This document shows, one piece after another, positions 1 to 10,042 of a stretch of DNA of 64,000 nucleotides. Every line of letters begins with the position of its first letter. Position 1 is the first letter of the stretch. Source of the stretch: Syntrophales bacterium (GTDB lineage: Bacteria > Desulfobacterota > Syntrophia > Syntrophales > UBA2210); contig CAXXKT010000001.1 of assembly GCA_963662405.2 (NCBI GenBank), forward strand, positions 2,048,001 to 2,112,000, read 5' to 3'. A model generated the notes under the pieces. That model was not told the DNA's origin, searched no databases, and saw nothing but the letters and a program-made list of their open reading frames with translations. A program made the position numbers and the translations under genes.

Positions 1-457
1 TGGCCTCATCAACCAGAGCCGTTATTCCAACATGAGCAAAACCTCGCATCAGCAACTCTGCTTTAAGCGCCGTTTTTTCTTGTGCTTTTGAAAGAGCGCC
101 TTTTTCTCTTGCCTTGAGCCAAATATTACAAATATCAGAGAGAAGATGTGCTGGTAATCCCTGCGCTTCTGTACCAGATTTTGTCATGTAGGTAATTGGA
201 TTTAGGAGTTTATCTCTTATTTCCAGTTCAATAAATGGCTCTAGTTTTTTGGCTGAAACATATTCTGGAAGATGAGCGCCTTTTTCATCGGCTCTTTTGC
301 GTTGCCAATGTGCGCCAGCGCCTTTTTTACCTAATGCTCTCGCAACACTTCTTTCTCTTAAAACTCTAGTTTCATCTTCTAGTACTGCGCATGGTATTAC
401 TGTATCACCTATCTTCAATTCACCTTGATGTGTTGCCTTTGGTAACCCCTTCGCCAT
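1..457 (-). CDS. P63C-domain-like protein, 5' part (runs off the window); possible IS1595 passenger gene
   Basis: Manual translation from ATG at 457: MAKGLPKATHQGELKIGDTVIPCAVLEDETRVL...RGFAHVGITALVDEA. It is open to the window edge and starts 2 nt after the transposase stop. The GELKIG..IPCAVLED and GITALVDEA motifs are typical of P63C proteins. Confidence 0.7.
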   Translation of the reverse strand, partial: MAKGLPKATHQGELKIGDTVIPCAVLEDETRVLRERSVARALGKKGAGAHWQRKRADEKGAHLPEYVSAKKLEPFIELEIRDKLLNPITYMTKSGTEAQGLPAHLLSDICNIWLKAREKGALSKAQEKTALKAELLMRGFAHVGITALVDEA

Positions 458-459
458 TC

Positions 460-1332
460 CTACACCTCCAATGCTCTTTTTATTGTGAGGCCAAACAAAT
501 CTTCATGTTCACGGTAATTGTAGCGGTAGCAGAATTCATTCACGTAGTGGGGAAGATAGCGGATACTAACTTTGTGAAATTGGCCTATGATACCACGTTT
601 TAACAAAGCCCAAAAGGATTCAATGGTATTGGTATGCACCTCACCGTCAACGTACCACATGGTATGATTGATAACCTTGTGCGCCATTATCTGTTGAATT
701 CCCGCATAGCCACGGTATTCATCAGTCATGAGCGTGGTGTTTTTAATGTCCACATGCTGTCTGATGAGCGATTTAAGGTCTTTTGATTTGAGCTTGTACT
801 TATTGACCACTTTGGCAGTTACCCGCCCTTGACGCTCCACCATCCCAACCACCGGGGTCTTGGTTGTTCCCCGGCCACGGTGAATTTTGCCACCGTTTGG
901 CCCTCCCTTGCGTGGTTTCCCTCCGATATAGGTTTCATCCACTTCAACAATCCCCGTCAATAGTTCTCTCTGTGTGCGCTCCATCATAGCTTCACGGATC
1001 TTCATGGAGATACGCCATGCTGTGTCTTTGTTGACCTGGAGATCACGGGAGAGTTGACGGGCAGAAATACCCTTCTTTGCATTGAGGATGAGAGTAATAG
1101 CAAGGAACCATTTCTGTAATTGTAAGTGGGTATGGTGAAAGATCGTGCCAACCGTCACGCTGTAAGTTGTGTTACAGTTATTACAGTGGTGACGTTTTTG
1201 TTTTGGCAGTGGTGTGGAGTTTGGAGAATTACAGTAGGTACAACGCGGTTTACCTTGCCACCGGACTGCCTCTAAATGTCTAAGGCAATCATCTTCGGTT
1301 GGAAACTTTTGGTAGATTTCTATGATATTCAT
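460..1332 (-). CDS. IS1595-family (ISXO2-like) transposase
   Basis: N-terminal Zn ribbon (CTYC...CNNC), EVDETYIGG, TDEY, NTIESFW, YVNEF; GGAGG RBS before ATG 1332. Confidence 0.92.
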   Translation of the reverse strand: MNIIEIYQKFPTEDDCLRHLEAVRWQGKPRCTYCNSPNSTPLPKQKRHHCNNCNTTYSVTVGTIFHHTHLQLQKWFLAITLILNAKKGISARQLSRDLQVNKDTAWRISMKIREAMMERTQRELLTGIVEVDETYIGGKPRKGGPNGGKIHRGRGTTKTPVVGMVERQGRVTAKVVNKYKLKSKDLKSLIRQHVDIKNTTLMTDEYRGYAGIQQIMAHKVINHTMWYVDGEVHTNTIESFWALLKRGIIGQFHKVSIRYLPHYVNEFCYRYNYREHEDLFGLTIKRALEV

Positions 1333-1416
1333 ATGTGCTACCTCCTGTTGGGACAAAAGATAGCACACATTAAAACTAATTGCAAGAGAATTCTTCTACC
1401 TTAAATTGGGACATTC

Positions 1417-1920
1417 CGTTACATTTTGCTGAGCCCAAAGAAGAACGCCCGCAAAGCCATCAAGGCAAAGATTCGGGAGATCATCCGACACGGGGGCTCC
1501 ACCCCCGCGAAAGACCTGATCAAAAGGATCAACGCCGCCTTGGCCGGATGGGTTGAATACTTCCGGGTCGGCAACTCAAGCCGGGCCTTCAGCGAAGTCC
1601 GCGACTATGGAGAAATGAAGGTCAGGACGTTGCTGACGCGGCGAAAGCGCAGACAGAAGCGAAGCGTGGGCTGGCGGCGGTGGAGTAACGAATACATCTA
1701 TGGTGTGCTGGGGCTGTTTTGGGATTGGAAAATCCACCCCCTGCAAAACGTGGAGGCATACTCGTGAAAGTGGCTGTCAGCATCACAAGGACCCATAACC
1801 CTTTCGGAGAAGACTACTGGGCGAGCTGCTTGAGGGAAAACCTCACGAGCAGTTCCTATGGGGAGGGGCTGGAAACGAGCCGGGAAAGTGCCCAGGAACC
1901 GCGCCAGTCCTTTACCCGAC
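1417..1920 (+). mobile_element. Group II intron 3' remnant (maturase C-terminus, domains V and VI)
   Basis: ORF 1426-1767 has maturase-like text (INAALAGWVEYFRVGN). DV is GAGCTGCTTGAGGGAAAACCTCACGAGCAGTTC; DVI ends ...CCAGTCCTTTACCCGAC at 1920. Confidence 0.85.
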
Positions 1921-2166
1921 AACTCTTCTTCAAATGGATCAAACAACATCTGAGAATCAAGTCCTTTTACGGTACCTCGGAGAATGCTATAAAAACACAG
2001 ATCTGGATTGCAATTTCCGTATATGTTCTGGTAGCTATTATCAAGAAGGATTTGAAATTTGAAAAAGAACCAATTTTACAAGTCCGTACGAATAACGATT
2101 ACATAAACCCAACCCCTACCTCTTCTAACCAGCCGAATCTATGCGGGTAACGTTGGGACAGTAGTA
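1921..2166 (+). pseudogene. IS4-family transposase C-terminal remnant with right end
   Basis: LFFKWIKQHLRIKSFYGTSENAIKTQIWIAISVY; terminal GGGACAGTAG; near-identical to 34828-34997 (opposite strand) except for an internal deletion. Confidence 0.85.
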
Positions 2167-2367
2167 AACCGCTTTAATGCCTGAAATGACATTGCAATAT
2201 GTCTGCAACATCCGTGTGAATAATGGTGAGGGCACCTATCTCCGAATCAGGTGAGAGGGTTGCTGGCCTCTTGTTCCCTTTTGAGGTACAATGCCCGATA
2301 GCATCGAAAGAGGAGTGATTTTTTAAAGATAGAGAGTAAATCCCGCTAACCCAAGTGGAGAGTAATA

Positions 2368-3708
2368 ATGGAAGAGGCAAACAAGGGAAAACCAGCGCAG
2401 GCTGATAAAGACAGAAACGGAGTTCAGTCCATCGAAGACAAAAAAACGACGAATAATACAATGTCTCATCTGGGTGATAATCTTTCACTGCCGACGGATT
2501 ATATGAGACTGGTGCTCGAAAATTCTCATGAGATGATTACAATCATACAGAATGAACAATATCAGTTTGTTAACCAGAAAGTTGTCGAAAATCGTGGATA
2601 CTCACCCGAGGAGATGTACAACAAGCATATAAAGGACATTGTTCATCCCGAAGATTACGAAAGGATAAAGGGAAATTTTTATAAAAGACTTCGTGGTGAA
2701 TTGGTTGAGAAATATCCATACAGGATTATCGACAAATTCGGCAATATCAGATGGGAAGAACTCTCCGGGGTCGAGGTTTTGTGGAATGGAAAACCCGCCG
2801 CGCTGAATTTTATCACCGATATCACACGCCGGTTCCATGCGGAAGAAGCTCTTAAAAAATCTGAACGACAATTGTTTGATATTGTAAATTTTCTTCCCGA
2901 TGCCATGTTTGCTATTGATGCAGAGGGCAAGGTCATCGCGTGGAACATGCGGATGGAAAAACTATCAGGGGTCAAGGCCGCTGATATGGTTGGAAAGGGT
3001 GATTATGAGTATGCCCTTCCTTTTTATGGAGAGAGGAGACCTATGTTGATCAATCTCATATCTCAGCCGGATGCCTCGATAGAGCGGAACTATACATATT
3101 TAAAGAGAGATAAGAATTCTCTTGGTGCTGAAACATTCTTTGAAAATGGGGGGACTTCCTTGTGGATGTGGTCCGAGGCAAGCCTTATGCTTGACCATAA
3201 TGAAAATATTGTTGGTGCGGTACAGTTGATCCAGGATATTACAGCCCTTCGATATACCCAGGACGAGTTAAAAGAAAAATCTATTCATCTCGAGGAGACA
3301 AATACAGCTTTACGGGTATTGCTGAAACATCGCGAGGATGACAGACAGGAAATAGAGGAAAGGTTCGTTTATAATATCAATAGCCTGGTGATGCCTTATC
3401 TGGAGAAACTGAGACAGGTCGGGCTCAGTGCAAGTCAAAAAAACTATCTCTCTATAGCCGAGGAGCATCTTGAAGAGGTCCTTTCTCCTTTTCTGGTGAA
3501 GATGGCACGGAAGCATTTACAGCTTACCCCACGGGAGACAGAAATAGCGGCTCTCGTGAAGGATGGAAAGACAACAAAGGAAATCGCAGAGATACTCCAC
3601 ATAGAGGTCAATACCATTAATAATCACAGGAGGCACCTCCGAAAAAAAATGGGTTTGAAAAATAAAGAAGAAAACCTCAGATCCTATCTCTTATCTTTCC
3701 AGAAATGA
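2368..3708 (+). CDS. PAS-domain / LuxR-type HTH transcriptional regulator
   Basis: Two PAS-like repeats (VHPED, DAEGKVIAWN); C-terminal LTPRETEIAALVKDGKTTKEIAEILHI...HRRHLRKKMG. Confidence 0.9.
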   Translation: MEEANKGKPAQADKDRNGVQSIEDKKTTNNTMSHLGDNLSLPTDYMRLVLENSHEMITIIQNEQYQFVNQKVVENRGYSPEEMYNKHIKDIVHPEDYERIKGNFYKRLRGELVEKYPYRIIDKFGNIRWEELSGVEVLWNGKPAALNFITDITRRFHAEEALKKSERQLFDIVNFLPDAMFAIDAEGKVIAWNMRMEKLSGVKAADMVGKGDYEYALPFYGERRPMLINLISQPDASIERNYTYLKRDKNSLGAETFFENGGTSLWMWSEASLMLDHNENIVGAVQLIQDITALRYTQDELKEKSIHLEETNTALRVLLKHREDDRQEIEERFVYNINSLVMPYLEKLRQVGLSASQKNYLSIAEEHLEEVLSPFLVKMARKHLQLTPRETEIAALVKDGKTTKEIAEILHIEVNTINNHRRHLRKKMGLKNKEENLRSYLLSFQK

Positions 3709-3750
3709 TCATATATTATAGTCATTATAAGATCATTATTTAGCAGTTCC
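3705..3750 (+). promoter_or_regulatory. Conserved upstream motif, copy 1 (candidate operator)
   Basis: 41/46 identical to 15926-15971; contains iterated (G/A)TCATTAT units. Confidence 0.6.
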
Positions 3751-3894
3751 ATTTTTCGGATTCTTGTCATAGTGATCATACTTATACAAGGGCATGATGA
3801 TTTGCCTGATGCAAGGCTCACGTCATCTCTTTGTTTATTTATATGGCGAACGCATATATGCGTTCGCATTCATTATATCAATGAGGAGCGTAAT

Positions 3895-5100
3895 ATGCAG
3901 GAGCAGCCCTTTGAGGGTATTAAAATTCTCGATTTATCAAATCACATCAGTGGATCTTTTTGTACAAAGCTTTTTGCGGATTATGGAGCGGATGTCATCA
4001 AGATCGAGAAGCCAGGCACGGGAAGCCTGACCCGTTATATGTCACCGTTTGTGGGTGATATGCCAGATATTAATAAAAGCGTTTATTTTCTGTATCTTAA
4101 TACAAACAAGAGAGGGATCACACTCAACCTGAAAACAGAGACAGGAAAGGAAATATTCTCACGGCTTGTTCAAGATGCCGATATTCTCGTAGAGAGTTTT
4201 GCACCCCGTGTGTCGAACCGTCTGGGACTGAGTTTCGATGTGATAGAAAAACTGAATCCTCGATTGGTTATGGCGTCAATTTCAAACTTCGGGCAGACAG
4301 GTCCTTACCGGGACTTCAAGGCTTCCGATCTGGTTGAATATGCCATGGGGGGCGCGATGTATTCGACCGGGCTCCCCGACAGAGAACCGCTGGCCAAGGG
4401 TCCCAACTCTTTACTTTTTGAAACAGGGACCCAGGCAGGCTACGCCATTTTGGGTGCCTATATGAGTGCGAGACAAGACGGTGTGGGTGATTATATTGAT
4501 ATCTCGATTATGGAGGCACAGCTTGCCGGATGCGAGCGAAGGACTGCTAATCTGCTCACCTACCAATATACGGGCGATATAACTCGTCGTGTTTCACCGG
4601 CCGATGGGATTGTATCGACAGCGCCGTCGATATTGCCGTGTAAGGACGGTTATGTGACATTGACGATAGGACCCAAGAATTTTTCAAAGTTTCTATCACT
4701 GATAGGGAGACCCGATCTTGTCAATGACCCTGCGTGGGATGCCAACAATATGGAAATGTCAGATGAAGTAATGAAAGTGTACTACGATTGTTTTTCGAGA
4801 AAAACGAAAATGGAATGGGCTGAGATGTTTCAGAAAGAGGGATTGATCTGTACCCCTCTGAGCACCCCCGAGGATGTTTGCACAGATGAGCATTGGGAAC
4901 AGCGAGACTTTTTCGTGGCAGTTGATCACCCTTCAACGGGAACGATCAAATATCCCCGAGGGCCAATTCGAACCAATCCTGAATGGTGGAAGATACGGAT
5001 ACCCGCTCCATTGTTGGGTCAGCACAACAGAGAAATCTACGGTGAATTGGGTTTTACCGCTGAGGACATGACTGTGTTGCAGGCCCAAGGAATTGTCTAG
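3895..5100 (+). CDS. Family III CoA-transferase (CaiB/BaiF), subunit A
   Basis: GIKILDLS, ADYGADVIKIE, NTNKRGITLNLK, APLLGQHN; GAGGAG RBS. Confidence 0.9.
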   Translation: MQEQPFEGIKILDLSNHISGSFCTKLFADYGADVIKIEKPGTGSLTRYMSPFVGDMPDINKSVYFLYLNTNKRGITLNLKTETGKEIFSRLVQDADILVESFAPRVSNRLGLSFDVIEKLNPRLVMASISNFGQTGPYRDFKASDLVEYAMGGAMYSTGLPDREPLAKGPNSLLFETGTQAGYAILGAYMSARQDGVGDYIDISIMEAQLAGCERRTANLLTYQYTGDITRRVSPADGIVSTAPSILPCKDGYVTLTIGPKNFSKFLSLIGRPDLVNDPAWDANNMEMSDEVMKVYYDCFSRKTKMEWAEMFQKEGLICTPLSTPEDVCTDEHWEQRDFFVAVDHPSTGTIKYPRGPIRTNPEWWKIRIPAPLLGQHNREIYGELGFTAEDMTVLQAQGIV

Positions 5101-5142
5101 GAATGTTGAATTAGGTAGCAAAGAGAGTAGGGTCGAATAACT

Positions 5143-6489
5143 ATGAATAAGAAAACAAAAAAATTTCCGTTAGAGGGAATACGAGTGCTGAGCCTGACGG
5201 CATCGTGGTCAGGCCCCTTTGCGAGTATGTTGTTGGGCGATATGGGAGCAGAGGTTCTGAGGCTGGAGCAGATTCAATATGCCGGTGGTATGACCCGGGG
5301 ACTCGAAGCCCGGCCAAATGAGAAGAGATGGACAAATGATAAGAGGGGGGGGGTAATGCAATACGTTGACCGTGAACCATGGGGACCAAATGGAGAATCC
5401 CCATGGAACCGGTTCAGTTTTGGGAATTGCCATTTGCAAAATACCCATAGTTTCACACTCGACTTTTCCCGACCCAAAGGATGGGAGCTCTTGAAACGCA
5501 TCATAAAGATGAGTGACATTTTCATGGAAAACAACACTCCTACCACGGCACCGAAGCTGGGGTTCACATGGGAATTTCTCCACGAAGTCAATCCTCGAAT
5601 CATCGTTATTCGATCGCCTGGTTTTGGCCTTAGTGGTCCGCATGCGGGCTGGAAGGGGTTTGGAAGAAACATTGAGGCAGCTATGGGGCATTCCTGGTTA
5701 TGTCGGTATTCCGAAAGTCCTGAGCATCTCCTCAGCAACAGGCAGACATATCTCATGGACAACATGGGCTCTCATGCGATAGCCATGTCTGCCATGATGG
5801 CCCTCATTGACAGAGAAAAAACAGGGCAAGGAGCGCTGGTGGAGGTTGCGCAGGCAGAAGGCGCGATGGGTGCTTTGCCTGCTCCTTGGATTGATTACTT
5901 TGCGAATGGACGGATGCGGACGGTCAAGGGTAATCGGCTTCCCACAGCGGTGCAGGGTTGCTACCCAACGGCCGGGAATGACCAGTGGGTGGCCATCACT
6001 ATCAATAACGATGAAGAATGGGAAAGATTCTGTCACGCCGTCGGCAATCCTCCCTGGACACGAGATGAACTTTTCAATAGTTTGTTAAGCAGACTTAAGA
6101 ATCAGGACGATCTGGATGCGAATATTGCGCAATGGACGAAGAAACGGAGCAATTATGACGTCATGTACCTTTTGCAAGCGCATGGTGTTCCGGCCGGACC
6201 GGTGATGACGGAGGCAATGACCTTTGCGGATGGTCACCTCAAAGACCGTGAATTTTTCATAGAGGAGACACAGAAGTGGAGTGGCACTCACAAGTATACG
6301 GGATATACCGGCAAGTACGCCAGAACTCCCCGGAAGAACCGTGTCGATATGCCCCCTTGTGGTCTCGGCGAGCATAATGAGTACGTCTTTAAGACACTAT
6401 TGGGCCTCTCCGATGAAGAATACACTGCGCTCGAAAAGGAGGAGTATATCGGGACCGAGATACTGGCCAAGGCTAAGGCAAGTCTTTAA
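5143..6489 (+). CDS. Family III CoA-transferase (CaiB/BaiF), subunit B
   Basis: PLEGIRVLSLT..WSGP, LGDMGAEV, GFGLSGP, LGEHNEYV. Confidence 0.9.
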   Translation: MNKKTKKFPLEGIRVLSLTASWSGPFASMLLGDMGAEVLRLEQIQYAGGMTRGLEARPNEKRWTNDKRGGVMQYVDREPWGPNGESPWNRFSFGNCHLQNTHSFTLDFSRPKGWELLKRIIKMSDIFMENNTPTTAPKLGFTWEFLHEVNPRIIVIRSPGFGLSGPHAGWKGFGRNIEAAMGHSWLCRYSESPEHLLSNRQTYLMDNMGSHAIAMSAMMALIDREKTGQGALVEVAQAEGAMGALPAPWIDYFANGRMRTVKGNRLPTAVQGCYPTAGNDQWVAITINNDEEWERFCHAVGNPPWTRDELFNSLLSRLKNQDDLDANIAQWTKKRSNYDVMYLLQAHGVPAGPVMTEAMTFADGHLKDREFFIEETQKWSGTHKYTGYTGKYARTPRKNRVDMPPCGLGEHNEYVFKTLLGLSDEEYTALEKEEYIGTEILAKAKASL

Positions 6490-6608
6490 GGATATTCGAT
6501 AGGTCGTTGAAGAGTGATCTTAAGATTTCTCGTTTAGAAAAAGGGCGGTGAATCTGAGGCTGTATTCATGAAGAGGTATACGCAAGAAAAAGAAAGGGGG
6601 TATTTATT

Positions 6609-7115
6609 GTGAGGCGTTTAATACGTGGAATAGACACCATTAATGCTCTCGTGGGGCTTACGATGGGGATCGTGTCTCTTTTCGTAATGCTCAGCGTTAT
6701 ATATGAGGTGGTATCCCGCTACTTCTTTAATGCGCCGACACTCTGGTCGATGGAAGTCAACCAGTACCTGTTTTGTGCGATTACCCTTTTGGGGGGGGGA
6801 TATTGCCTTCTGCGAGATGGACATGTCCGGGTTGATATCCTGTATCCCAAACTTTCACCCAGGGGGCAGGCAATCAGCGATTTTTGCTGTTTCCCTCTTG
6901 CACTTATGTTTTGCGGATTTCTTATCTGGTTTGGCTGGCAGGAAACATGGGATTCGATAGTGGGCCATCGCCTTTCTGACTCAGTTATTGCCTTGCCTCT
7001 CTGGCCGGTGTGGCTTGTCGTTCCTGTAGGCGGTTTGCTGCTGGGAATGCAGGTCATCTCCAGATTATTGAGGCGGGTGGAAGATATGAAGTCATCATGT
7101 GAAAAGAACGATTGA
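6609..7115 (+). CDS. TRAP transporter small permease (DctQ)
   Basis: Four TM segments, EVVSRYFFNAPTLW, GHVRVDI. Confidence 0.9.
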   Translation: MRRLIRGIDTINALVGLTMGIVSLFVMLSVIYEVVSRYFFNAPTLWSMEVNQYLFCAITLLGGGYCLLRDGHVRVDILYPKLSPRGQAISDFCCFPLALMFCGFLIWFGWQETWDSIVGHRLSDSVIALPLWPVWLVVPVGGLLLGMQVISRLLRRVEDMKSSCEKND

Positions 7116-7183
7116 CTATGTTTCTTTGGCATCATGGTGAATCATAGTGAGTTGGAACAGCTCATATAAGAAAAGGTGAAAAA

Positions 7184-8500
7184 ATGGAACTATGGATGCT
7201 TTTTGCGATAACCGTTGTCGGTCTGGCCGCGCTGCTGATCTTGGGATTTCCGATAGCATTGACTATGGCTGGACTTGCAATTCTCGGAACTCTCCATGTC
7301 TGGGGGCCACTGGGTCTTTATTCAGTCGCCACGACGGCGTTCGGTAATGCGACCAATTTTGTCTATATCGCCGTACCGCTTTTCCTCTTGATGGCTTCTT
7401 TTCTCCAATCCAGCGGTCTTGCGGACGATATGTATGAAATTATTTACCGGTGGTCTGGCCGTGTTCGTGGAGGTCTGGCGGTCGGGACGATCATTATCTG
7501 TGCCGTATTTGCAGCTATGGCTGGCATCAGTTCCGTTGCGACCGTCACAATGGGCATGATCGCGTTACCGTCGATGATGAAACGGGGCTATAACCAATCG
7601 ATGGTCCTCGGGTGTATCATGGCTGGAGGTGCCCTTGGCATTCTTATACCGCCGAGCATAATCATGATTGTCTATGGCGGTGTTGCCGAGGTGTCTGTCG
7701 GGAAACTCTTTATGGGCGGGATCGTACCGGGTTTGCTCCTTGCTGCTCTTTATATTCTCTATGTGCTGATTCGATGCTGGATCAACCCTGCAATGGGACC
7801 CGCAGTAGATACACGGTTCACCTTTATGGAGAAACTGGTTATTCTGAAAGGTGTTATTCTCCCGGTTCTCTTGGTTATACTGGTTCTTGGTACCATATAT
7901 GCGGGTATATGCACACCAACGGAGTCGGCTGCAGTTGGGGCCTTTGGCGCTTTGATATGCATGATTATCCACCGTAAATTTACGTGGGGCACCATAAGAA
8001 ACTCGATTCTGGAGACGGTGAAGACTAATGCGATGATCATGTGGATTATTATCGGCGCGGCCTGTTTTTCAAATTTTGTTGCGGTGGCTGGGTTCCAAGA
8101 CAAAATAAACGAATATCTGGTGAATCTGGATATATGGCGGTGGTGGATCATCGTTCTCATGCAGGTCATCTTTTTTATTATGGGAATGTTTCTCAATCCT
8201 GCGGCAATAGTTACCCTCCTCGGTCCCCTCTTTGTGCCGATTATCATTAGTTTGGGATTTGATCCGTTATGGTTCGGGATACTTTTTGTTATTAATATGG
8301 AAATGGGTTACCTGACGCCCCCGTTCGGATTCAACCTCTTTATCATGAAAGGAGTGGTTCCCGACAGTATCACCATGAATGATATCTACCGCTCCATAGT
8401 GCCTTTTATCGGCATACAGATAGTCGCCTTGATATTGGTTATGATTTTCCCTGAAATTGCGACGTGGTTACCCGGCCTGATGATAGAGGGAAATGGTTAG
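7184..8500 (+). CDS. TRAP transporter large permease (DctM)
   Basis: AVPLFLLM, GILIPPSI, TPTESAAVG, TPPFGFNLF. Confidence 0.93.
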   Translation: MELWMLFAITVVGLAALLILGFPIALTMAGLAILGTLHVWGPLGLYSVATTAFGNATNFVYIAVPLFLLMASFLQSSGLADDMYEIIYRWSGRVRGGLAVGTIIICAVFAAMAGISSVATVTMGMIALPSMMKRGYNQSMVLGCIMAGGALGILIPPSIIMIVYGGVAEVSVGKLFMGGIVPGLLLAALYILYVLIRCWINPAMGPAVDTRFTFMEKLVILKGVILPVLLVILVLGTIYAGICTPTESAAVGAFGALICMIIHRKFTWGTIRNSILETVKTNAMIMWIIIGAACFSNFVAVAGFQDKINEYLVNLDIWRWWIIVLMQVIFFIMGMFLNPAAIVTLLGPLFVPIIISLGFDPLWFGILFVINMEMGYLTPPFGFNLFIMKGVVPDSITMNDIYRSIVPFIGIQIVALILVMIFPEIATWLPGLMIEGNG

Positions 8501-8630
8501 TGCTTCGTTTCAATGTATTCTAGAACATTGCCGAATAGAATGTTCTTAGAATATTAATATTCTTAAAATTCATGCCTTAGTGTTTGGTCAACGCGAATGC
8601 ATGAATGATAATGAAAGGGAGGAAGATAGA

Positions 8631-9668
8631 ATGAAAAAGAAGTTAGCGTCAATGTTGGTAGTTATGGTGTTCGTCGCATCTTTCTGCATGCTGAGCGCCG
8701 GGGCGGTATGTGCTGAATCTAAGGTTCTTAAGTTGCAAGCAACGTTCCCGCCGTTGAGTCAGATAGGTAACAATGTTAAGTTTTTTGCCGAGAAGGTGGA
8801 GTTATTGACCAATGGTGAGGTGAAGGTAAAAGTTTTCTGGCCCGGCCAGCTGGTTCAGACAAAGCAGGCACTTTCGGCTGTGCAGAAGGGGATGGTCGAG
8901 GCTGTCATGACGGGTGTGGGATACTATTTTCTGGGTACCATCCCCGAGGCTGCCGGTGTCCTTCTTCCTTACGGATGGGAGAATACCGACGATATGGTCG
9001 ATGTTTTTTTGAACTATGGGTATCTGGATCTGCTCCGTACCATATATGATCAACACGGATTGTACTATGTGACACCAATGTCTGTGGGTAATCAGGGATT
9101 GATCACAAAGTTTCCTGTTCATTCAATGGAAGACCTGAAGGGAAAGAAAATACGGGCGACTGGTATGATGGGATATGCCATCAAGGCGTTGGGTGCCGCT
9201 CCCGTTTCTTTAGCACCAACGGAGATATATACAGCTCTTCAGCGAGGGACGGTGGATGGAACCACGTGGGCGTGGTATGCAATGGTAGACTATAAATTTT
9301 ATGAAGTGGCGAGTAACATTAGCATTCCTGGCATCCTCACTCCCGCTATATGCGATATCATAATCAACAAGAAGGTGTGGAGCAGCTTGACCCCTGATCA
9401 GCAAAACGCCATTAATCTGGCTGGTCTGCAGATGTTTTTCCGCTCCAAGCAGTTGAATGATAAAGCTGATGCAGATACATTCGCTTTCTGCAAAAAGAAT
9501 AATGTTGGAGTCATTACTCTCAGTGATGCTGAGTTGAAACGATTCAAGGAGACGGTTCAGCCGATCTGGAAGAAACACAAGGAGACGTCGCCTCTGTGTG
9601 CCAAGCAAGTTGAAATTCTGGAGAAATATGCAGCCAAGAAGGCGGCGGCAAGAAAGGCTCAACAGTAA
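8631..9668 (+). CDS. TRAP substrate-binding protein (DctP)
   Basis: Signal peptide, DLKGKKIR, EIYTALQRGTVDG; GGAGG RBS. Confidence 0.92.
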   Translation: MKKKLASMLVVMVFVASFCMLSAGAVCAESKVLKLQATFPPLSQIGNNVKFFAEKVELLTNGEVKVKVFWPGQLVQTKQALSAVQKGMVEAVMTGVGYYFLGTIPEAAGVLLPYGWENTDDMVDVFLNYGYLDLLRTIYDQHGLYYVTPMSVGNQGLITKFPVHSMEDLKGKKIRATGMMGYAIKALGAAPVSLAPTEIYTALQRGTVDGTTWAWYAMVDYKFYEVASNISIPGILTPAICDIIINKKVWSSLTPDQQNAINLAGLQMFFRSKQLNDKADADTFAFCKKNNVGVITLSDAELKRFKETVQPIWKKHKETSPLCAKQVEILEKYAAKKAAARKAQQ

Positions 9669-10042
9669 GGTGATCGCCCAGCGTTGAATACAGCATTACA
9701 ACCGATAGTATACAATTGTCCCCCCTCTTTTTGTGTTCGTTTGTAGTGGCTGTGACGGAGGTTTTGCGGATCTCCCCCGCCCGTTTATGTGGGGAGATCC
9801 TATCCTCTGTTTCCTATTGGTTGACTGTAATTATATGCAGGAACTGACTTGAAATCGGCCGGCCAATACAATGGGAATGAAGAAACGGAAATCTTACGAT
9901 GCAAACGATTTTCAGGACATCGATTGATTTTTCGGGGATGCGGTAATGAGAGAAACGCTGATTCATGATGAGTTTTAACGTGTTATGAGACGGTCGAGAA
10001 AAAAATCAGTGTAGATAACTGTGTGATACGAGGTAACAAAGA

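Larger units (their letters stand above)
1..1416 (-). mobile_element. IS1595-family element; one end near 1416, the other outside the window
   Basis: Transposase plus coupled passenger gene; abrupt junction with the intron RT fragment at about 1416/1417. Boundary approximate. Confidence 0.6.
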
